From assembly GCA_963665115.1 (NCBI GenBank), contig OY762007.1, positions 1,920,001-1,984,000 of the forward strand: a stretch of DNA of 64,000 nucleotides, written 5' to 3'. A program made the translations under genes and the position numbers. A model generated the notes under the pieces. The model searched no databases. It was not told the origin of the DNA and saw only the letters and a list, made by a program, of their open reading frames with translations. How positions within the stretch are numbered: the first letter of the stretch is position 1; each line of letters starts with the position of its first letter. Of this stretch, positions 57,183 through 64,000 are shown in pieces. The DNA comes from an uncultured Rivularia sp. (lineage in GTDB: Bacteria > Cyanobacteriota > Cyanobacteriia > Cyanobacteriales > Nostocaceae).

Positions 57183-60057
57183 TTAATGAAAATATCGCAT
57201 TAATATCGATTCCAATTTAACAATACCAATTGGTTTGCTTACAAAATCATTGGCTCCAGCTTGGATAAAACGACTGCGGGAATCATCATTATCTTTAGTT
57301 GGAGTCATCACTACTACAATTTTACCTTGTAAATCTGATGTTTTTCGCAAGGAAGCAAGTAAATCGAAACCGCTGACATCTCCTAACAAAATATCTAATA
57401 AAATTAGATTCGGCTGGTAAATGCGGACTTTTTCTAAAAATTCTTGTCCCTTGTGACATCCACTCAACTTGATAGCCAATAGTTTGCAAATAATCTTGTA
57501 ATAAGGTGCCGGTATGTTTATCATCTTCTACTAGCAGAATACGTTTATTTTTGATAACATTTCTGGAAACTACAGCCCTATTCAAAATGTTAACTTTTTC
57601 TTCCCATTTTTCAATAATATTTTCTTCTTGAAATTCACCATCGGGAATAAATAAAGTAAACCGACTTCCTTTTTGAAAATTAGATTCTACCGTTACATCT
57701 CCTCCATGCAAACGTGCTAATTTGCGAGTTAAAGCTAAACCCAAACCCGTACCTTCATACTGACGATTTAGCTGAGAATCAAGTTGTTTAAAAGGTTCAA
57801 ACAAATATTGAAATTGATGAGCTTCAATACCAATACCAGTATCACATACCCGAAATGCGATTCCTTGAGGTAACTTTATTACTTGCAGCGAAACTTTACC
57901 TTTAGAAGTGAACTTAATTGCATTGGTAAGTAGATTTAATAGCATTTGCTTGATTCGTCGTTCATCAGCAATACAAATATCTGCTTTTTGATCGATGGAA
58001 CAAGTTAAATCCAATCCTTTTTCTTCACCACGTTCGCGTACAGTTGATATAACATAATTACATAAATCTTCTACCCGCAAAGGCTGCAATGATAATTCTT
58101 CTTTTCCTGCCTCTATCTTAGATAGATCGAGAATATCGTTAATTAGCTCTAACAAATGTACGCCACTGCCGTATATACAGTCAATATATTCTTTTTGTTT
58201 ATCATTCATCAAACCAACAACTTCTTGTTGAAGCAACTGCGATAAACCCATAATTGCATTTAGAGGAGTTCGCAATTCATGACTCATAGTTGCCAAAAAT
58301 TCGCTTTTTGCTCGACTACCAACTTCCGCTGCTTCTTTACTTTCTCTAAGTTGTAATTCTGTTTCTTTACGTTCACCGATCTCTTCGATAATCGCCAGAA
58401 AAAATTTAGGTTTGCCACTTGAACGTACAATCAAGGAGATACTTAAATGAGTCCAAACCGTACTACCATTTTTATGTAATAGCTGCCTTTCTATTTCCAA
58501 ACGCTCAACTTTACCTAGCATCAGTTGCTTGTAAAGCCCGATATCACCATTCTCAAAGCAAATATAATCGGCAAAACTTTTTTGAATCAGATCGCGATCG
58601 CCATATTTGAGTATTTTACATAGCGCCGGGTTTATATCAACAATTTTCCCTTTAATGTCTACTAAGCAAATACCGATAGAAGAACATTCAAAAATTGCCT
58701 TAAATTGAGCTTCACTCTGCTTTAAAGCTTTTTGCGCGGTTGCTCTTTCGCCTGCTTCTATTGCTAATGTCACAAAGTCTGCAATGGAACTTGCAAAACT
58801 GTCTGCTTCAAAATTCCGCTGACGATATAATTGTATATTGTCATCACTGTATGCATGACATACTATACCTACTACACTACCTCTAAGCCAAACAGGTACG
58901 TTTAATACAGATGTGACACCAAATACAGAAAGATAAAATTTTGATAGTTCTTGGGCTATATTAGTTTCTGAAAGATTATCTACAGAATAACTACCTTTTT
59001 CTAAAGCTGCAAAGTAACTAGAGTAATCCTCTTTTTTTAAAACAATTGACTTTGAATGACTATTGTATTTGTAATTATATAAATCAATACTTTGCATTTG
59101 ATAATTGTCTTCGCCATACAGCCAAACACCGACTTGTTCAACATTTAAAATAATTGCTGCTGCTCGCGTAATTTCACGTATCGAGTCAATTATATTCCCT
59201 TGAATAAAAGCTTTACTCCTAGCTAGCTCTGCCAAAGTATTGCTTTGCTTTTTCAACAGATTTTCTCTTTGTTGTAATACTGCTTCTACTCGATTGCACT
59301 CTGTAATATCTCTTATTGCCGCTACCCGCAAATCTTGGGAACAATTAGAAATTATTTTTGCTTTAATTTCCGCTGGGAATGTAGAACCGTCTTTTCTTAT
59401 TACAGTAACTTTTAGTGTTTTTTCATAACCACTAAAGATATTTTGTTTAATTAATTCTTGCGATTCTGATGTAACTAATTCAAACCCATCTTTACCGATC
59501 AATTCTTCAAACTCATAACCAGTCATCTTTGCTAAAACATGATTTAGATCTAAAATAATTCCTTGCTCGTGCAAGATTATTCCTTCAAAAGTAGCTTCAG
59601 ACAAAAAACACCATTTCGCTTTTTCATTGTCTTCATTCTGAGAATATATATTCTTAATCTGAATATTTTCAGATGCAAAGGCACGCTTTCGTCTTTCAAC
59701 CGCAGATATTAATATGCGTTTCAAATAGCGACTATCAGTATTATTTATAACTACAACTTCGTCTGCGCCCAACTCAATGGCTTTTTGTAGAGTAACTTCA
59801 TCATCATTATCACTTGTCACCATAATAACCGTATTAGGAAACAGTGAATATACTGAGGAAATAACTTCAAAATCTTGAATATTCCTAAACGATAAATCTA
59901 AGATTACTGCATCAATAGATTTTTTGGACAATACTGAATCAGCTTCAGAGAACCCATTTACCACAGTAATTTGATGAGGCAAGAGCATTGGCTGCAACCG
60001 CTCAATATCGTTTTGATTAGTCTTTAACAGCAAGATACTATAACTATTCAATGTCAT
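57183..60057 (-). CDS. Hybrid histidine kinase REC-PAS-GAF-PAS-HisKA-HATPase-REC, with an apparent +1 frameshift at 57448-57450
   Basis: [14 protein letters not shown] and [14 protein letters not shown] joins [18 protein letters not shown] after removing one G. Confidence 0.9.
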
Positions 60058-60444
60058 GCTCGTCACCAGTAGAGCAGTTACCCAGAATCACGACTCAATT
60101 TAAACATTATTAGTGTCTCATAATATCTTACAAATTTGAACTTAATCCTCATTACGTATTTTTACGTACACAGATTATAATAGAATCTAAGTATACTCAC
60201 TAAACATTATCATATTAATACCAAAGGCTATAATTTAAAAGACCGTATATCTTAGAGCTATTCTCACCAACTATAAAGCTGTATTCTTCCTATAGCGGTA
60301 AACTTGGCAATATTAATATAGACACTTTTAATTTTCTGGTTTTTGTTAATTCATTTTAATTTTGATTGCAGTTGCTGTATTTACATTTATAGCTCAATAT
60401 GCTCAGAATTAGTGTAATATCAGTTATTGTCTTCGAGTTGAGTA

Positions 60445-61371
60445 ATGACCAAAGACAGCATTAGAATAGTTTCGTTGATTCCCAGTGGAACCGAGATATT
60501 AGCAGCTTTAGGATTAACCGATGCGATAGTCGGACGCTCTCATGAATGCGATTTTCCTTCTGATATAAAAAATCTTCCTGCTTGCACTCAAGCCAGATTA
60601 AATAGTAATGCTGCTAGTGGTGAAATTCACGACAAAGTTAACGAGTTACTGCAATCTGCTTTGAGCATATATCAAATTAAAACCGATATTTTGCAGCAGT
60701 TGCAACCCACTCATATTATTACCCAGGATCAATGCGATGTTTGTGCTGTCAGCTTTGGAGAAGTAGAAAACGCGCTGAAGAGTCTTACTCTTACTTCACC
60801 ACAAGTTATTTCCCTACAACCAGATATTCTTCAAGATGTTTGGAATGATATTGCAAGAGTCGCTGAAGTTTTTGAGGTAGATTCTAAACAGGCATTAGAA
60901 AGTTTACACTGGAGAGTTAAAACCATTCAAGATAAAACCCAGGCACTTACAGCTAAAAATATTCCTAGCATTGCCTGTATCGAATGGACTGAACCTTTAA
61001 TGAGCGCATCAAATTGGATTCCCGAATTAATTACTTATGCTGGAGGGAAACCTTTATTTAGTTCCACAGGGAAACCTTCCGAAATATTAAAATGGCAAGA
61101 TTTTGTCAATAGCAATCCAGATATAATCATCTTTATGCCCTGTGGTTTCGATTTAAACCGTACTCGCACCGAAGCTAGTTCATTAACTCAAAAACCCGAA
61201 TGGGAAAAACTCAAAGCAGTACAAAATAGTCAAGTGTACATCACAGACGGTAACTCCTACTTTAACCGTCCCGGACCGCGCTTAGCAGATTCGTTAGAAA
61301 TTGTAGCAGAAATCATCCATCCAGAAATCTTTCAATACGGTTATCAAGGTAAAGGTTGGGAAAAGTTTTAA
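60445..61371 (+). CDS. BtuF-like cobalamin/iron ABC substrate-binding protein
   Basis: RIVSLIPSGTEI, VGRSHECD, TQDQCDVC, NRPGPRL. Confidence 0.85.
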   Translation: MTKDSIRIVSLIPSGTEILAALGLTDAIVGRSHECDFPSDIKNLPACTQARLNSNAASGEIHDKVNELLQSALSIYQIKTDILQQLQPTHIITQDQCDVCAVSFGEVENALKSLTLTSPQVISLQPDILQDVWNDIARVAEVFEVDSKQALESLHWRVKTIQDKTQALTAKNIPSIACIEWTEPLMSASNWIPELITYAGGKPLFSSTGKPSEILKWQDFVNSNPDIIIFMPCGFDLNRTRTEASSLTQKPEWEKLKAVQNSQVYITDGNSYFNRPGPRLADSLEIVAEIIHPEIFQYGYQGKGWEKF

Positions 61372-61463
61372 GAAGTTAGGAGTAGTGAGTAATAAGTTAA
61401 GAGTTAGGAGTTAATAATCAGTGAAGTTTTACACCTTTAACCTTTAACCTTTGACCTTTGACC

Positions 61464-61754
61464 TCATGAATTATTTGCGATCCAATCAATCAAAGGTTTT
61501 AAATCTTCTGGTATCGCGCTTTCGGCTACCGTGACTGTATGTTGACTACCTTTATCTTCTACTGCCAGAGTATATTGAAAGCGATCGCGCTGGTTAGATT
61601 GGGCAGCTATATATGCAGGTAAATTAAAGAAATTTGCAGCTTCTAATAATATAGATACTTCCTCGGCTTTATTTTGCGGTAATTTAGCCGTATCAATCTC
61701 CATAACTTTACTTATTCCCGCAAAACCGCCGCTACGCTCTAAGGATATTAACAT
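61464..61754 (-). CDS. Emfourin (protealysin inhibitor)
   Basis: ERSGGFAG and DRFQY motifs; lies directly downstream of the M4 protease. Confidence 0.88.
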   Translation of the reverse strand: MLISLERSGGFAGISKVMEIDTAKLPQNKAEEVSILLEAANFFNLPAYIAAQSNQRDRFQYTLAVEDKGSQHTVTVAESAIPEDLKPLIDWIANNS

Positions 61755-61907
61755 TTTGGTTGCGAATGGGGAATTGGGGAGAGAGGGGGAGAGGGGGAAG
61801 ATGGGGAGATGGGGAGACAAGGAGAATTTTAACCTTTAACCTTTAACCTTCAACCTTTGACCTTTGACCTTAATTACTCCTAACTTTCTACTCACTACTC
61901 ACTACTC

Positions 61908-62993
61908 CTAACTGTTCACTCCCACTTCTTTCCAAGCATTTTCTACAGCTTTTTGTTCGCTGCTTCCTTCTCCGTAAAGTTCTCCTGCGACTGCAATTGT
62001 TACTTCTGCGCCTTGTGTGATGTTGGCTTTTGAATCTAATTTTTCACATAAGCTAACGTACCAAATTTTTCCTGCTTTCTCCCAAGCGTAACCGCCGATT
62101 TCGGTTGCTGCTAGGTAAAAAGCTCGGTTGGGAATACCGGAGTTTATATGCACTCCGCCGTTATCTTTAGTACCCGTGTATATATCTTTCATGTGTCCTG
62201 GTTGGGGATCTTTGCCAAGTACGGGGTCGTCGTAAGCTGTTCCTGGTGACTTCATCGAGCGAATTCCCTCGCCCTTTACTTTATCGGTAAATAATCCTAC
62301 ACCAATTAACCAGTCTGCTTGATCGGCGGTTTGATTGTTGATTCGCTGTTTGACTAAAGAACCAAATACATCAGAAAATGATTCATTAAGTGCCCCGGCT
62401 TCGCCAAAATAGATTAAGTCGGCTTCATGCTGGGTAACTCCGTGGGTTAATTCATGTCCGATGACATCAACTGATTTGGTGAAACGATTAAATAATTCGC
62501 CGTCGCCGTCACCGTACACCATTTGGCTACCGTTCCAGAAAGCGTTTTCGTAATCCTTGCCGTAATGTACCGTGGAATCTATACGCAAACCTTTATTATC
62601 TATGGAAGTGCGATCGCAAATTTCTTTGAAAAAGTCGTAAGTTGCGCCAGCAGCGTCATATGCTTCGTTGACAGCTTCGTCTTCGGTAGGAGAATCACCT
62701 TCACTACGTACTACTTCACCAGGAAGCTGCTGTGCATTTTTCGCATCATATATAATCCGGTATTTTTCACCAGTTTGGGTTGCAACTTGCATACGGCCCG
62801 AATTTATCCGCTTCCCCCTAGTTTGTGCCGAAAGATTTAAAGTCTCAAAAGCCCATTCACGCTGCCTTGGAGAACCATTAACCGCCACTTTTTCTAACAT
62901 ATAGGGCGGTACAATACAACAGATAGGACATCTGTAATTCAGTGAATGGGTAAACCCTAAACCATGCGATTTTTTGTGTTTTTTTCGAGCCAT
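61908..62993 (-). CDS. Protealysin-like M4 metallopeptidase
   Basis: Short propeptide CCIVPPYML, NAFWNG, HELTH, ALNESFSD, GVHINSG. Confidence 0.93.
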   Translation of the reverse strand: MARKKHKKSHGLGFTHSLNYRCPICCIVPPYMLEKVAVNGSPRQREWAFETLNLSAQTRGKRINSGRMQVATQTGEKYRIIYDAKNAQQLPGEVVRSEGDSPTEDEAVNEAYDAAGATYDFFKEICDRTSIDNKGLRIDSTVHYGKDYENAFWNGSQMVYGDGDGELFNRFTKSVDVIGHELTHGVTQHEADLIYFGEAGALNESFSDVFGSLVKQRINNQTADQADWLIGVGLFTDKVKGEGIRSMKSPGTAYDDPVLGKDPQPGHMKDIYTGTKDNGGVHINSGIPNRAFYLAATEIGGYAWEKAGKIWYVSLCEKLDSKANITQGAEVTIAVAGELYGEGSSEQKAVENAWKEVGVNS

Positions 62994-63427
62994 TTAAAAA
63001 TGTTCTCCCTAAGAGAATTTTAGATTTTAGATTTTGGATTAATATAGGAAGTTGTATTCAATCTGCTTTTCCTTATTAAACCAATACAGACATGGCTTAA
63101 TGTCGCGAATGTATCAAAGTATCCTTTCGGGTAAATTATATTTTGATACCAAATTCAATGAATCTAAACGATAAAACAAACGCGAATGTTGGCTATGTTA
63201 CTTATCAGTGTTTTATTAATGCAATATAGATAATGTTTTTTATTGCTATGTAATAATTGTTTATATTTATTATTTAAAATTCAATGTATTTTAATCAGAA
63301 GAAACTTTAGAAATAATCCCTACCGAAAGCACCCGTTGTTAAACTCTATCTAAACATTTTAATCATAAAAAACGGGCAAGATGCCCGTACCACAAGACGT
63401 TAAGGAATAATCTAAAATCCAAAATCT

Positions 63428-64000
63428 TTAGATTATTCCCCCAAACACGGCTAATTGATAGTATTTCCAAGGCACTGCTACGGTATTGAATTTAGCTTCC
63501 ACTAGCATTTGCAACTGTGCATCTAAAGTTGCTAACTGGTCTTGACTGGAGTAACCGTAACTAGCAGCATAATCTACAGAATCGCTATTACTTGCCAAAC
63601 GAGAACGAACTTCTTCTATAGTCACTCCTTGTTTTTCTGCCCATTCTTTTCCTACAGTTTTATATATTTCTTCTAATATTGGCGATTCTGATAAAACTGG
63701 ATCTGCATTCCAAAAACAACCACCCTTTTTTAGACTTTTGCCGATGGATTGAAATAAGTGTGCTTTCATCTCATCACTAAGATGATGAATTGCCAATGAT
63801 GAAACGCAAGCATCAAATTCCGCTCCGATATCTAATTTTTTAGGATTATTAGCCCATTCGCCAAAATCGGCTTCTATCCCATTCCACTGCTGATATCCAG
63901 CTTCAATCATCTTTTTTCGAGCAAATTCAATCATCCTCGGCGAATAATCTAGAGCGATAATTTGAGCATCGGGACAACGATTAAGGATTTTCTTACTAAG
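63428..64000 (-). CDS. Class I SAM-dependent methyltransferase; 5' end lies outside the window
   Basis: The frame is open to the window edge (IIALDYSPRM); FDACVSSLAIHHL, LKKGG. Confidence 0.85.
   Translation of the reverse strand, partial: LSKKILNRCPDAQIIALDYSPRMIEFARKKMIEAGYQQWNGIEADFGEWANNPKKLDIGAEFDACVSSLAIHHLSDEMKAHLFQSIGKSLKKGGCFWNADPVLSESPILEEIYKTVGKEWAEKQGVTIEEVRSRLASNSDSVDYAASYGYSSQDQLATLDAQLQMLVEAKFNTVAVPWKYYQLAVFGGII

Overview
AT-rich cyanobacterial chromosomal region. Heptamer tandem repeats (STRRs), more than 20 HIP1 octamers (GCGATCGC), chlI and the divergent dapF/hfq pair point to a filamentous Nostocales strain; a Rivularia/Calothrix-like assignment is only an inference. Housekeeping genes (hisS, chlI, truB, dapF, hfq-like, a K+/H+ antiporter, a photolyase) are mixed with accessory genes: two tandem CheB-CheR-PAS-kinase-receiver fusions, an ATPase plus STAND/TPR pair, three tandem filamentous-haemagglutinin-like genes, a protealysin/emfourin pair, a Lys20/LysS-type homocitrate synthase, and scattered candidate tetrapyrrole-handling genes (RCCR-like, CpcS-like). 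The strongest signal outside the ORF track is a family of roughly 24-nt double-hairpin micro-elements that insert immediately after GCG. A nested 47-48 bp composite of two such elements splits HIP1 sites at two loci and inactivates an FMN reductase gene. Eight genes carry single +1 frameshifts, six of them in a WGRAC context; these are most likely systematic sequencing errors. I found no rRNA, tRNA, CRISPR array or transposase.
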